From an uncultured virus (IMG/VR IMGVR_UViG_3300031998_000049) (Duplodnaviria > Heunggongvirae > Uroviricota > Caudoviricetes): DNA of 64,000 nt. Positions 25,801 to 35,761 of the stretch are shown here, piece after piece. Numbering within the stretch: position 1 is the stretch's first letter; every line of letters begins with the position of its first letter. Below the pieces are notes generated by a model. The model worked only from the letters and a program-made list of their open reading frames with translations. It had not been told where the DNA came from and made no database searches. The position numbers and the translations under genes are program-made. The DNA lies in the IMG/VR virus record IMGVR_UViG_3300031998_000049. One strand, given 5' to 3'.

Positions 25801-28740
25801 GAGCGCCCGGTCGGAGTTCGTCCACGACGAGGACGCCGTGTTCAGTTTCAAGCCGTTGGAGAAGGTGTGCGCCGCCGTGATGGTCTGGGCCGTCGTCCTC
25901 ATCACATAGTCCTTGCCGGAAAGCCAGGATGCGAGGACGGAAGGGGTCCACACGCGATCGACGGTGCCGGAGCCTGCGTTCAACTCCTCAACCGTACCGG
26001 AAGTGTAGCTTGTTCCGCCACCGCCACCGGACGCCGTGAGGACGCCGTTGCTCAACGAAAGTCCGCTCCCAAGTTGAACGGCATACCAACCCTTCGTAGA
26101 ATCATACGCGAGGAGGTCGGTGCTTCCGACATTGCCGGAGGCGTATCGCCTTACGCCGCTCTCGTTATGGTACACATCTTCAAGGAGGCGGAGGTAGTTG
26201 CTCCCGCCGCCACCTCCGGGCGTCCCGGACAAGACGATCTGGTCTCCCTCGGTAATCAACGGGAGCGGAGAGTAAAGAACCCTCTGCCCGTCTATCGTCC
26301 TCACATAGAGGTCGGGCGGGTTGCTCTCTATCCTGCTTGTCTGCGCGTCGAAAATCAAGCCCTTTCTGGGGCCGAGGAAGTTGTATTCGGATTTGAGACG
26401 GACGAAACCGGACGGATCGCCGGACCCGCCGAGTTCAAAGTATTGCGCCAACTCCTCGGTGCGAGGAATCTTGTACCCAGGCGCCAGGCTTAGTCCAAGT
26501 ATTCCGGCAGTCGTAACCGGAGAGCCGGACACATTCAACCCCTCTGGAGCGGTAAGGCCAACGGATGTAACAGTCCCGCGAACCTCAGATGACTCGTTCC
26601 CGGAAACGGAAACGGAAGACCTGCCAGACGATGCAGAGCCGATATTCTCTGTCCAATCCAGCCCCTTCTCCTGGCGAAGCGCAACATCGTATATTGGAAT
26701 GTTCGAGCCGTTCTCGTCAATCGTGATGGAGTCGATTAACGCATACTCCTGGGTGCCGTTGAAAGAGATGTCCATCCAAAGACCCTCAAGGAGAACACGA
26801 GACTCGTCAACTACTGCCTTTGCGTCGATCTGCGGAGCATAGAACGGCTTCTCCTCGCAGATGTCTGCAAGGAGTTTCTGCGCTGCTTCAAGAAGGCGCT
26901 GGGACGCAACCGTCACATACATCTCCGGCATGGCGATGTCAAGTAGCACGAACTGATCTCCGGAAGCTATCTGGTAATCGGTATTCGGGAAGAGGATATT
27001 CAAATCCTCGTCGTTGCTTCGATATAGGGTCAGATGCCAACTATCCGTTGCTATCTGATAATTCACCTCCTTGATCTCGAAGTCGCGTCCAGCACACATA
27101 CCGGTCTTCATCGAAATCTTCTTCCCCTCTCCAAGAGCAGCATACTTTTCGATGTCGAAACCAATTTGAGGGATGACAACCGAGAAGGTCTTGTCAAGCA
27201 TGTACTCGACACCACCCTCAATAGTTGTATCACCATCTATGGCAATGGTAACGGTGTCAGTCTCAGCCGTTGGCGCGTTGTCAAGGACGAAAATATTCAG
27301 ACCGACACGGAGCGTACCGGCGACAGCATTCTGGATGACAACCTGTTCCGGGAGGACAAAGGAGAACGAGGAGGATGACACCGGCGCAATGTTGAGTGGT
27401 ATGGTCTCTACCGTGTTTCCATTAGCAACCTCCATCGTGGCCACATTGAACCTCGCATCCCAGGCAGCATTGAGGGTGATCGTCTGTATGTTGCGGCCAA
27501 ACTTCAACACGAGGCGACCACTCTTGGTGAGCGTGGTGGTGTAGATGTCCGGCTCGATGAAATCGTTAGCCGAGCCGACCTCGGTCACGGCATCAAAAGT
27601 GTCAGATATAGACTCCTTGAAACGAACGCCCATATCAGATGCAGCGCCTTCGTCCGATGGGTTGGTCGCGCCGATGATCTCGTCAATCCTTTGGTCACGG
27701 GACCACTCGTTAAGGTCGGGGAGATACCCGGCGCCACCGGCATCATATACCTCTCCTATCGTCATCCGCTCAATCGTAGGGTGGATGTCCGGGAGGTCGC
27801 CGGTGCCGTCAAAGTATGCAGTACGGGGTATGATGCCCATCTTTGCGATGGCCGTTGCATCCTGAATGTATGCTTTCCTCGCATCCGGCTTGCTGCTCGT
27901 GGTCCCCCAGTTTGAAATCGGTATCATCAGATGCTCGATGTCAACCGACTCGGCCTGGTAGATGTCAAGGCCGCGATAGTAAGTCGCGTCCATGTTCTTC
28001 ATCGAACCATAGGCGAAAAGGCGTGTTCCAATCTCAGCAGCATTGGCGATGGACTTCTCCACGGCAACAAGGCCGTCATCATAGGCATAGCCCTCCGTGG
28101 TGTTGGCCGCCGTGCGATCGTTTGGCGCACCAATGGTCAGGATATTCTTCCCATTCTCGATTGTGTACGCCCAGCCGAGTTTGTTCCAGGTCTCGTACAC
28201 CTTGTCGAGAACCTGCAAGCAGTTCACGCCGCTCACCGAGAACTCTACCTCTGTGTTGAGGATTTCCAGAATGTCTGCATCAGATGTTTCCACAATGCGG
28301 ACCTCCCAGCTATTTGCACCGTACTGATTCTCAAGACAAGCCTGCAAGCGCTCTGCTACATTCAACGGCTTTCCGAAGAAAGAAACAACGCCCTGCGTGG
28401 AGAAATGGACAGTGTTGTCGTCAGGCACCAGGTCGGTGAACGGGCAGAGTTCCCACTGCTTCATATCATCGAAGAACTGCACATTCTCGTAGAGGAACGC
28501 CGCGCCGAACTTGTTCGCATCGGACTGCTCCGTTGCTTTCGGCGTTCCGTAGAGCCGATAAGTCCGGCCCGTCCTGGAATACACAACATAGTCCCCCACA
28601 TGCCAGCCAATCGCGGTCGGAGAACCAATCTCCGGGAACTCAAGATAGCCGGGTTTCAGATATGCGCCGACATAGCGAGGCGCACCCGTGAAAAGTACCG
28701 GGTGCTGACCTTGCGATGATATGATGGAAAAGTGGGCCAT
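22858..28740 (-). CDS. tail tip/fibre protein with C-terminal S74 intramolecular chaperone
   Basis: 1960 aa; TRLFAYGS..N tail domain; Gly-rich linkers; SDARMKTNL followed by coiled coil. Confidence 0.85.
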   Translation of the reverse strand: MAHFSIISSQGQHPVLFTGAPRYVGAYLKPGYLEFPEIGSPTAIGWHVGDYVVYSRTGRTYRLYGTPKATEQSDANKFGAAFLYENVQFFDDMKQWELCPFTDLVPDDNTVHFSTQGVVSFFGKPLNVAERLQACLENQYGANSWEVRIVETSDADILEILNTEVEFSVSGVNCLQVLDKVYETWNKLGWAYTIENGKNILTIGAPNDRTAANTTEGYAYDDGLVAVEKSIANAAEIGTRLFAYGSMKNMDATYYRGLDIYQAESVDIEHLMIPISNWGTTSSKPDARKAYIQDATAIAKMGIIPRTAYFDGTGDLPDIHPTIERMTIGEVYDAGGAGYLPDLNEWSRDQRIDEIIGATNPSDEGAASDMGVRFKESISDTFDAVTEVGSANDFIEPDIYTTTLTKSGRLVLKFGRNIQTITLNAAWDARFNVATMEVANGNTVETIPLNIAPVSSSSFSFVLPEQVVIQNAVAGTLRVGLNIFVLDNAPTAETDTVTIAIDGDTTIEGGVEYMLDKTFSVVIPQIGFDIEKYAALGEGKKISMKTGMCAGRDFEIKEVNYQIATDSWHLTLYRSNDEDLNILFPNTDYQIASGDQFVLLDIAMPEMYVTVASQRLLEAAQKLLADICEEKPFYAPQIDAKAVVDESRVLLEGLWMDISFNGTQEYALIDSITIDENGSNIPIYDVALRQEKGLDWTENIGSASSGRSSVSVSGNESSEVRGTVTSVGLTAPEGLNVSGSPVTTAGILGLSLAPGYKIPRTEELAQYFELGGSGDPSGFVRLKSEYNFLGPRKGLIFDAQTSRIESNPPDLYVRTIDGQRVLYSPLPLITEGDQIVLSGTPGGGGGSNYLRLLEDVYHNESGVRRYASGNVGSTDLLAYDSTKGWYAVQLGSGLSLSNGVLTASGGGGGTSYTSGTVEELNAGSGTVDRVWTPSVLASWLSGKDYVMRTTAQTITAAHTFSNGLKLNTASSSWTNSDRALYFGANGDDANLRYYNVDADKGLTYNPNTGALKAGSFVKRGGTSAQFLKADGSVDSNTYLTTSSAADTYVLKAGDTMTGDLTIKKSGGGALNIQGSTHNAASGEIVFNPHGTQIRNGAKISAVAGSTSYDLTDIVFSASNNRTSPYSPDWYETLRIKYDKSVILANAGVLKWMNNPSEGDPTAIDCIKLTSGNIFIIGRGVANNSYDSYLEGKSVYIRTGTSTLTSRLSVSQSAITMSLDTIPNVDNNYKLGNANRYWKELYTKKVYLADGIYIEYVDNSGNGYVHINAPLVTDGDQIVLSGTPGGGGGGASFLADLNDVTLTNLANTNLLQWNGNAWVNVAASSVGVTTEGTEANLNAGTPSTDKMVWAPATLASWLANKEYSTTANTVSNVAVGGSGHTTELAITKAGSTSYITVPFATMTERPKYVTPTQSADAIDLNTILAGGGITRNVWNQGYWNHAPSGIGYFGAAWQINAHSSETGAMQFAWNGNYTGTTPTKSLWFRVRNSEQWGDDWHLIYDSANLTKSVITGLLDAGNGTYLPLSGGTMTGSINMTDGKQIMDSTGTWAMLGLSSTGVFYCGPGYQVSSAFLIRSGDMDLKHRRYTSNTASGYNEYTIFDEANANLLSVSWSALNLTAAGTLTASGLATLNGGISTTTETATGTITALNFALSATNASSKIVFAREGYNYLQIPANGQLNVVANSSLSAANSTAIFTATDIRPGSNGGYNLGYVDSSSADNNRLWNVYAQEMMLIKANGPTLTLRGTGDNTDGATILFKSSSANHNGFKIAVEKAASSNNRGRLALNFYSSNVTTDPYEPDWKRAMRVSYNGNVLIGASDFSNTLYAYGTAVIGSATAISGATLSVTGVIASTGDQVVTSDARMKTNLKPVELTVEQIAKCRAVTFDWTTGGHSFGSIAQDWLDILPEAVHKGNTLSLAYAQLGTVIGITLANHETEQDTEIRELKERVKYLEEEVKRLRS

Positions 28741-28741
28741 T

Positions 28742-29257
28742 TTATGCGGTGACGATTGATCCGTTGTAATATTTCATTTCAGTCACCGGGTCGTTAATCT
28801 TCACAACCATCTTGAAAATAAGACGGCAGTGACCATCGAACTCGGAGAAGCCGGAAGAACCAGGGTCCGGGAACTCCTCAATCCGAACTTTCTGAAAACC
28901 GAACTTGCTCCATTCCGACCATATCTTGAACTCTCCGTCCTTGATGGCATTCTGGAAAGTCCTCACAGCATTCTTCAACTCCTGCCTTGCGGTGGACGAG
29001 TTCGCTGCGGTTGAGAAGAGGGCGCACTCCAAAGTGTACTCGAATGCCTCGTACTGGAGGCTGGCGTTCCACTCATCGTCACCATTCCGGTCCTTCCAGT
29101 CATTCTTGTACGGCTGTTTGACCTTACGCTGCATCGGGTAGCCGCTATCCTTGATGATGATTCCGTAGGTGGTACGGACATCTATCGCGCTGACATCGCT
29201 TGCCCGCTGGATGTAGAAAGGCGCGTAGTCGCGGATTGCCGGATTGTAGATTGCCAT
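28742..29257 (-). CDS. distal tail protein (putative)
   Basis: Position between TMP and tail tip; K.PYKNDW.D..G.DE. Confidence 0.65.
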   Translation of the reverse strand: MAIYNPAIRDYAPFYIQRASDVSAIDVRTTYGIIIKDSGYPMQRKVKQPYKNDWKDRNGDDEWNASLQYEAFEYTLECALFSTAANSSTARQELKNAVRTFQNAIKDGEFKIWSEWSKFGFQKVRIEEFPDPGSSGFSEFDGHCRLIFKMVVKINDPVTEMKYYNGSIVTA

Positions 29258-29314
29258 ATTGCGAATGTAGTCTTGAGTTATTCAATTTGAAACAAATAGT
29301 TTCACTTGAAAGAA

Positions 29315-32300
29315 CTATTTGGTAGTCCGGACCGCGCTGCCACCGGCAGGCGATGCCGTGATGATGCTCTTGAACTTCGCCAGAATCTCTCCGGTGTTCC
29401 TGGCGGTATTCTCGTCGGCGGCAGCAATCCTGGCGAGGTGGTCGCCAAGCGTGGGCATAGCAACCATTATCGCATTGACATCCTTCCACCCGGCGGCATC
29501 CTGCGCCCGCATTACGGAGAGGTCTGCCCGCATCGCATTGATGTAGGATGCGATGAGCGACGAATTACCCTCCACGAGTTCCTTGTTGATTCCGTCGCGG
29601 AGCGTGTCGGATGAAACTCCCCCGCCATTGATGTACGGGCGGAGCGGTTCAAGCGCCTCGGTAATCTGCGGCGCGAGAGCCTGCATCGTTTCCATACCCT
29701 CCATGATGAGTTCCATTGCGCCGGCGGTATCCCCAACGGAGAACTTCGACGAGAGTTGTTTCTTGAAGTCCTCGGTCATCACGGAGTCTATGAGCATGGA
29801 CTGGGTGATCATCTTGGCATAAGCAACGGCCACATCGTTCAGGATGTCAGCATAGTCGAGCGCGGCATCGCCAGCCTTGATCCAGCTATCGACTATCTTA
29901 TCAGCCGCCTGGGATGCGATGTCTCCGAACAGTGACTCCATCACGGAGTAGATTTGATTCATCGCATCCATATACATCTCCGAATCGTGGATGGCCTGTT
30001 CTATCCACTCCCTCTCGGTGGCACCGAGATTCTTGTATGTGTCGAGAATCTTTTGCAGCGTGTCGGCGTTGAGGTTGCCATAAGCATCATAGAGGTCGCC
30101 ACCGATGGACTCGGCAAGCTGCTCCAATGAGTATTTGTTGTACCTCTCATCCGACAGGCCGCTATTGAAGAACCACTCCCAGAAGTCGCGCTTCTCCTTG
30201 AAGACCTTCGGCATCTCGGCGCCAAGAGTATTGATGTGCTTCCTGATTTCGTCAACGGCAGCAACGGCGGCGCGTACCTTGCCAACATCATTGGTGCCGA
30301 AGATAGAATCCATATTGAGAGCGTCCTTGATTTCAGAAACGCGAATCTCCTCTTTCATGGCGCGAAGTTCCCGCTCAAACTCGGCAACAGCCCGCTTCGC
30401 CTCAAAGAACCCGGTCACGATGGTCGTAACGAGGCCGGAAAAAGCACCGATAATATCGCCGCTCAGAATCTTCGACGCGAAGTTTCCGGCAGCATTGGCG
30501 AGGATAGAGAAATCTTCCGCAACCGAGGCCAGGCCAACATTTCCCGTTACCTCTGCGTACCCCTTGATCGAGTCTGCAACCTGCGTGAAATCGCCGACCA
30601 CCTCCTGAACGAGTTCGCCGATTTTCTTGTGGTACTCCTCTTTGGCCTCGTCGGTCATCCTGTCCAGCTCCTCCTTGGTCTTGGCGCGGAACTTCTCAAG
30701 GGTGATACCGGCCTTGGTGAGCAATTCGTTCGTTTTGGAGTCAAGCTGGATGTCGGGGTTCTTAGCGAGTTCGGAAAGGCCACGCCAGATGCCGCGAACC
30801 TGGCCGATACTCTTATCGCCCCAGTCGCGCATATCGAATCCAGACGCAAGTTCCTGCGCCTTGCCCCTCGCCAGAGCATTGATGGCGGACTGCGCCTGCT
30901 GCTTGTTGTACTCGCGCTCCGCAAAGAGGAGGTCGTTAAGCGCCGCGATCTCGGCGCGGATTGCTTGCTCATCACCCTTGTGCGCCTCACGCGCTTTCTC
31001 AGCATTCTCCTTGTACTTCTCAAGCGCCTTGTTGTTCGCTTCGATCAGGTCGGTGACAATCTTCCGGACATCTCTCTCCGTGCCGTCACCGCCGCCGAAA
31101 CCATACTCCTCGGTCATCCAACGGGACTTACTATCCTCGTAGGCTTTGAGCGCCTTCTGACGCTTGAGTAGGAGGCCGAGCGCATCGGTGCCAAGCCTGA
31201 CCTCTATCTGCTCGGCGGCCTGGATGCCTTCTTCTCCGAGCGCCTTGAGGTCACTGATGAGTTTTTGCAGGGCAGTATCAATGTTGTCGTAGCTCGCAGC
31301 ATCACCCCCGAAGAGCGTGGCAAGCTGGTTGTTGGTATCGCCGCCGAAATACGGCTGCAATTTCTCCCTCGCATCGCGGTACTTCTCAAAGATAGCGATT
31401 TCCGCCTTGAGGTTCTGGATGCGATCCTTGACGGCCTGATTCTGCTCTCTCGTGGACGATTTGATGAACTTGTCATAATCAACGCCCATAATCGACTTAT
31501 AGAGTTTCGCCTGTTCCTCCCTGCTCTCAACGAGCGCATCAAGACGATTCTTCTCGGACTCGGTAAGTCCGGAATCACTCTTTGCCTTGCGACGAAGTGC
31601 CTCGATGTCCTTGTCGAACTTCTTGATGCCTTCAATAATAGACGACAACTTATAGACATTCTCTGATCCATCCTCGTTGGCATCACCGATTTTCGACATC
31701 GTGTTTTGATAGAGTGTCACGGCCTCCTCCATCTTGCTGGAATAGACATCCATCAAGGACTCGTATCCCTCACGAACATCGTTTATCTGGTCGAGGAAGG
31801 TATAGTTCTGGTATGCGAGTTTGTTCTTATGGATGCCCTTCTCTCGCTTGTTCAGAATCGCGCGGGCCTCCGAACTCAGCCCAGTAAGCGCGTTGAGGTC
31901 GCCCATCATGTAAGACCAGATGCTCGCCTGGTCTGACATAGAGAGTTCTCCGCCAAGACGCTTATTCATCTGACCAATGATAGCATTAAACCGCTCCTCA
32001 ATGGTCTTCATCTCTGCCTCCTTTGCGCCCAAGATGCTCTCTTGCGCGGACTCAAGGAACCTTTGCTTGTTGGCCTCGCGGACCTTTGTGGCCAGACCAT
32101 CATATAGCACGGCGAGATTTCCGACCTCGACACCCTCTGCCTTGAGTTGGTTGATGTACGGAGAGAACCTATTCTCAAGGGCAAGTTTAGCCGTTGTATA
32201 TTCCTCCGTTCCCTCTTTCGCGTGTCTTACGCGCTCGTAGAGTTTATCAAGCTCGCGGGTCTCTGCGTTGAGTGTTGTGATATACTTTTCATTGTTCTTT

Positions 32301-33454
32301 ATTGCAGCCTCCCTCACCTTGTTTCCGGAAGACTCCAACGACTGGACATCTTTCTCCGCTTTGACGATAGCACCAACGGTTGCTGCAATAGCAGCAGCAA
32401 AGAGGGTGTATGGTCTCAAAGCCACGCTAACTGCGTTGCCCACAACCGAGATAAGACGAATCTGTGATGCAGTAAGCGTATCGGTCGCCGCCGCCGCAAT
32501 CAAGGATGCTACCTTCCATCCGCCGAGTATTCCGATAGCCCAAGAGACGGCCTGCCCGAACGATTCAGTAGAGGAAACAATCTTGGTAAGGGCGCCAACT
32601 ACACCCTTCAATATTCCCTCCTGGGATTCTCCCATAGCATACATCAAGTTCTCCCACTTGCCCTTGAGGATGTTGATCTGACCTGCGAGGGTCTTCGCCA
32701 ACACCTCTTGCATCTTATAGAACTTCCCTCCCTCGCTCGTCATACGCTTGAATGCCTCCTCAACCATCTCAAAAGTAATCTCTCGCCGAGTCATCTTGTC
32801 GAAGACATCGCCAAGCGTAACCATCTTCCCGGATGTTTCGGTAAGCATCTTGGAAAGTTCCTCAAGCACCGGGACGCCGTTCTGGGCGAATGAACGGAGC
32901 TGGATGCCACGCAGGAAGCCGGAGGACTTTACATGGCCGTATGCCAGGATGATGCGATCCATCGAGACACCAATTCCGGAAGCTACATCGCCCAAGCGCT
33001 TGGTGGTATCAAGCAGGTCGTTGGACTCAATGCTGAATGCAGCCAACTGCTTGGCATACTTGGCGAGTTCCGAGAACCGATAAGTGGACTTCGAGGAGAA
33101 GTTGTAGAGGTCTTCAAATATCTTGTCCGCCTTGTCGATGTCTTGCACCATGTTCCGCAAGGCCATCTTCTGCACCTCGAACTGACCGGTAATCTCGATC
33201 AGCGAGGAGAGGAAACGACGGACGCCGACGGCGCTGAAAGCAACGCCGGTCAACTGCGAGATGGTCCGAAGCGCCGAACTCGTACCGGTAAGGTGCTGGT
33301 TCGTGTCGCGGATTTTCCCACGGAAATCAAGGACTTTCGACAACTGCGTGTTGAACTTCTCAGCATTGGCGAGATCGCTCTTGATCTTCGCATCAAACTG
33401 CTTGTCGTCCAGAAGAACCTCAAAGTTCAATGAATCTATCGTACCCGCTGCCAT
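29315..33454 (-). CDS. tape measure protein
   Basis: 1379 aa helical; KQLAAF...RLGDVASG...LAYGHV...LRSFAQNGVP tape-measure domain. Confidence 0.92.
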   Translation of the reverse strand: MAAGTIDSLNFEVLLDDKQFDAKIKSDLANAEKFNTQLSKVLDFRGKIRDTNQHLTGTSSALRTISQLTGVAFSAVGVRRFLSSLIEITGQFEVQKMALRNMVQDIDKADKIFEDLYNFSSKSTYRFSELAKYAKQLAAFSIESNDLLDTTKRLGDVASGIGVSMDRIILAYGHVKSSGFLRGIQLRSFAQNGVPVLEELSKMLTETSGKMVTLGDVFDKMTRREITFEMVEEAFKRMTSEGGKFYKMQEVLAKTLAGQINILKGKWENLMYAMGESQEGILKGVVGALTKIVSSTESFGQAVSWAIGILGGWKVASLIAAAATDTLTASQIRLISVVGNAVSVALRPYTLFAAAIAATVGAIVKAEKDVQSLESSGNKVREAAIKNNEKYITTLNAETRELDKLYERVRHAKEGTEEYTTAKLALENRFSPYINQLKAEGVEVGNLAVLYDGLATKVREANKQRFLESAQESILGAKEAEMKTIEERFNAIIGQMNKRLGGELSMSDQASIWSYMMGDLNALTGLSSEARAILNKREKGIHKNKLAYQNYTFLDQINDVREGYESLMDVYSSKMEEAVTLYQNTMSKIGDANEDGSENVYKLSSIIEGIKKFDKDIEALRRKAKSDSGLTESEKNRLDALVESREEQAKLYKSIMGVDYDKFIKSSTREQNQAVKDRIQNLKAEIAIFEKYRDAREKLQPYFGGDTNNQLATLFGGDAASYDNIDTALQKLISDLKALGEEGIQAAEQIEVRLGTDALGLLLKRQKALKAYEDSKSRWMTEEYGFGGGDGTERDVRKIVTDLIEANNKALEKYKENAEKAREAHKGDEQAIRAEIAALNDLLFAEREYNKQQAQSAINALARGKAQELASGFDMRDWGDKSIGQVRGIWRGLSELAKNPDIQLDSKTNELLTKAGITLEKFRAKTKEELDRMTDEAKEEYHKKIGELVQEVVGDFTQVADSIKGYAEVTGNVGLASVAEDFSILANAAGNFASKILSGDIIGAFSGLVTTIVTGFFEAKRAVAEFERELRAMKEEIRVSEIKDALNMDSIFGTNDVGKVRAAVAAVDEIRKHINTLGAEMPKVFKEKRDFWEWFFNSGLSDERYNKYSLEQLAESIGGDLYDAYGNLNADTLQKILDTYKNLGATEREWIEQAIHDSEMYMDAMNQIYSVMESLFGDIASQAADKIVDSWIKAGDAALDYADILNDVAVAYAKMITQSMLIDSVMTEDFKKQLSSKFSVGDTAGAMELIMEGMETMQALAPQITEALEPLRPYINGGGVSSDTLRDGINKELVEGNSSLIASYINAMRADLSVMRAQDAAGWKDVNAIMVAMPTLGDHLARIAAADENTARNTGEILAKFKSIITASPAGGSAVRTTK

Positions 33455-33465
33455 AGACTATGTGA

Positions 33466-33898
33466 TTATTGGAATAACTGTTCTGTTGTATATTCGCCGC
33501 TCTTGTGCGCCTTGCGCAAGGCGGCTCTCTTGTTGGCCTCCAGTTGCTTCTGGATGGCCGGATCATTCTCGTTGTACTTGAACCCGCCCTGGCTGCCGCC
33601 TCTCTTGCCGTCTTTCCGGTTCGGCCTCTTGTATAGCGTGTGCGGTAGGTCGGACTGCATCAGTTCAATCTGGGCGCAGGTCAGGATGCACCTGTACCCG
33701 AAGTTCCTTTCCCATCGGCCAAGCCGCCAGCGAGGGCGTCCGTAGGCCGGGAAGTCTTTGACGAAAGCTGCTTCGCAGCCAAGAGCAGTTCGGCTCGGTA
33801 CTGCTCGGCTTCCTTCGCCGTCATCTTCATCACATCCGTCCTCATATCCATCGAGAACGCGATAACTCTGTAATGCGCCTCCAGCGGAAGTTTTTTTT
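33466..33898 (-). CDS. tail assembly chaperone frameshift extension (gpT-like, -1 frame)
   Basis: Frame is open from the A9 slippery run to the stop at 33466. Confidence 0.7.
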
Positions 33899-34247
33899 TA
33901 CCCGCTTCGACTATCTGCGCAATCTGCGTCTCGTCGTACTTGTGCGCCAGATAGCGCCACAGGAATCCGTAGAAAAGGCGAATCTTGATGTCGTTGTTAA
34001 GGATCATCAGCGCCGCTTCCTTGAAAGCGAAATACGGCTCCTTGCACATGTCTTTCAGGACATCTGCGCCCTTGCGCACCTCGGCGGATGCCAGGTCGCG
34101 CTCAAGCCACACCTCGGTCAACCGCTCCATCGTGTACGGCTTGATCCAATGTATCTGGAAACGCCGCTTGCCGATGCGAATCTCGGTGGGCGCATCCTTC
34201 ACGATGTCGATGTAGTCCTTTCTTGCTATGAGGTCGGGTTGATTCAT
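33681..34247 (-). CDS. tail assembly chaperone (gpG-like)
   Basis: Between MTP and TMP; contains GGT AAA AAA AAA CTT. Confidence 0.75.
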   Translation of the reverse strand: MNQPDLIARKDYIDIVKDAPTEIRIGKRRFQIHWIKPYTMERLTEVWLERDLASAEVRKGADVLKDMCKEPYFAFKEAALMILNNDIKIRLFYGFLWRYLAHKYDETQIAQIVEAGKKKLPLEAHYRVIAFSMDMRTDVMKMTAKEAEQYRAELLLAAKQLSSKTSRPTDALAGGLADGKGTSGTGAS

Positions 34248-34315
34248 ATCTTTTTATTTAAAAAGGGGCAGGGCTTTTGACCCCGCCCCCGGACAAGGAA
34301 TTGTGATGAGAGCTG

Positions 34316-34942
34316 TTAAGCGTTCCCAGGTTTGTTGGTCGCCTTGAGGACGGCGAAGTCACCAACCAGGTTGTCGCTCTTCTTGTAGGGGTTCGGAAGA
34401 ACATACCCCACGAAGGAGAGGTACGCCGGGTTGTTGTTGTCGTCCTTCTTCGGCTTCGACACGATCATCTTGACATGAGGGAACAGGATGGCCGTGTTCT
34501 TGGACTCGGACTCGGCGAGGATCGTGACCTCGACGGTTTCCGGCGTGGCGAGGAAGCCCTTGCCGGTGTAGTACGCATTGCCGTCGGCGCCGGTGACACC
34601 GGTCGGATGGGACGCGGTTCCGGCAGCAACGGCTGCGCCGTCCGGGAAGAAGTAGGCAAGCAGGGCCTCGGCGACGGACGGGATGTTGCCCGTCATGCGC
34701 CAGTTGCCGCCCTTGTCAATCTGGGTGTCGATCACCTCCTGGTGCTGGTCGATCTTGACATCCGTGTTGGACGGGTCATCACTCTCAAGGTTGAAGGTCC
34801 CCTCAAGGGTGAAAATCTGGTCCGCCTGGGAGAAGTCCAGCCCAGAAGTGATGTCCACTCCCGAAGCGGAGTACGGGAGCAGAGAGAGGGATGCGTTACC
34901 GATGTGGAGGTCGTCAAGCATCGCGTGGGTAAGAGTAGGCAT
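34316..34942 (-). CDS. major tail protein
   Basis: 208 aa, strong codon bias, canonical position. Confidence 0.7.
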   Translation of the reverse strand: MPTLTHAMLDDLHIGNASLSLLPYSASGVDITSGLDFSQADQIFTLEGTFNLESDDPSNTDVKIDQHQEVIDTQIDKGGNWRMTGNIPSVAEALLAYFFPDGAAVAAGTASHPTGVTGADGNAYYTGKGFLATPETVEVTILAESESKNTAILFPHVKMIVSKPKKDDNNNPAYLSFVGYVLPNPYKKSDNLVGDFAVLKATNKPGNA

Positions 34943-34949
34943 AGGATTG

Positions 34950-35336
34950 TTATTTTGATTTGATGTAAGCCTTGAAATTCATGATACGAGCGTGGAAACC
35001 GAAGTCGTCGGGAGTGTCGCCTACAATCGTCGGATTGCCTTTGATGAGCAGCGGTTCTATCCAAATCGGAAGACCTTCTGCCGCCTTCTGCATAACCGAT
35101 AGCCTCTTCTTGTTCTTCATCTCCTTCACATCCCTTGCGAAGAGACGGATGGAGATGACGCATTCACCAAACGCGCACCTGTCCGTAACCCCTCCAGACA
35201 CCTTGACGACAACGAAGTCGTTGATGGTATCAGAGGTGGACTTGGGGCGATTGTTCCAGACATTGGAGGAAACACTGAGTTTCCTTACCTCGTCGGTAAC
35301 AAGAGTCTCTATGGCGGTAATGTCAAAATCGTTCAT
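34950..35336 (-). CDS. tail terminator (putative)
   Basis: Size and position. Confidence 0.55.
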   Translation of the reverse strand: MNDFDITAIETLVTDEVRKLSVSSNVWNNRPKSTSDTINDFVVVKVSGGVTDRCAFGECVISIRLFARDVKEMKNKKRLSVMQKAAEGLPIWIEPLLIKGNPTIVGDTPDDFGFHARIMNFKAYIKSK

Positions 35337-35761
35337 CGGTCTATCTTCTTAAAGTAGGTTTGGAACTCGGCGACGGTGTGGAATGACACATCGAACAGGA
35401 AGTCCTGCTCGTAGTCAACCCGGTAATACCCCTCCATTTCTGAAAGGATCACCGCTACCCAGCCGGAAGTGCCGGAGAGAATCGAAATGGCCGCATCCGT
35501 TGCAGAACCAGGAAGGTCATCATCGCCACCATTGTGGCATCCGGACGCGACGATAAGACCATCGTGTGCTACGGCATAGGCAAGCGTGTCTGTTTCGGTC
35601 GTGTGCGCCATGAACATTTCGTGCATGTTATGCACCGCAACCAGATACTCAAGCCCCGCTTTCGCCAGGTTGATCATACCCTCGCGGATGATCGTATCCT
35701 TACGCTCTTGCAGGCGGGCGAATGCCCGCTTGATGGTTGATTCGTTTTTCTCCTTTCCCAT
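35333..35761 (-). CDS. neck/tail completion protein (putative)
   Basis: Size and position. Confidence 0.5.
   Translation of the reverse strand: MGKEKNESTIKRAFARLQERKDTIIREGMINLAKAGLEYLVAVHNMHEMFMAHTTETDTLAYAVAHDGLIVASGCHNGGDDDLPGSATDAAISILSGTSGWVAVILSEMEGYYRVDYEQDFLFDVSFHTVAEFQTYFKKIDR

Noticed and set aside
21691..28740. Diversity-generating retroelement acting on tail genes
   Set aside because: No reverse transcriptase and no near-identical TR/VR pair differing at adenines seen in this window
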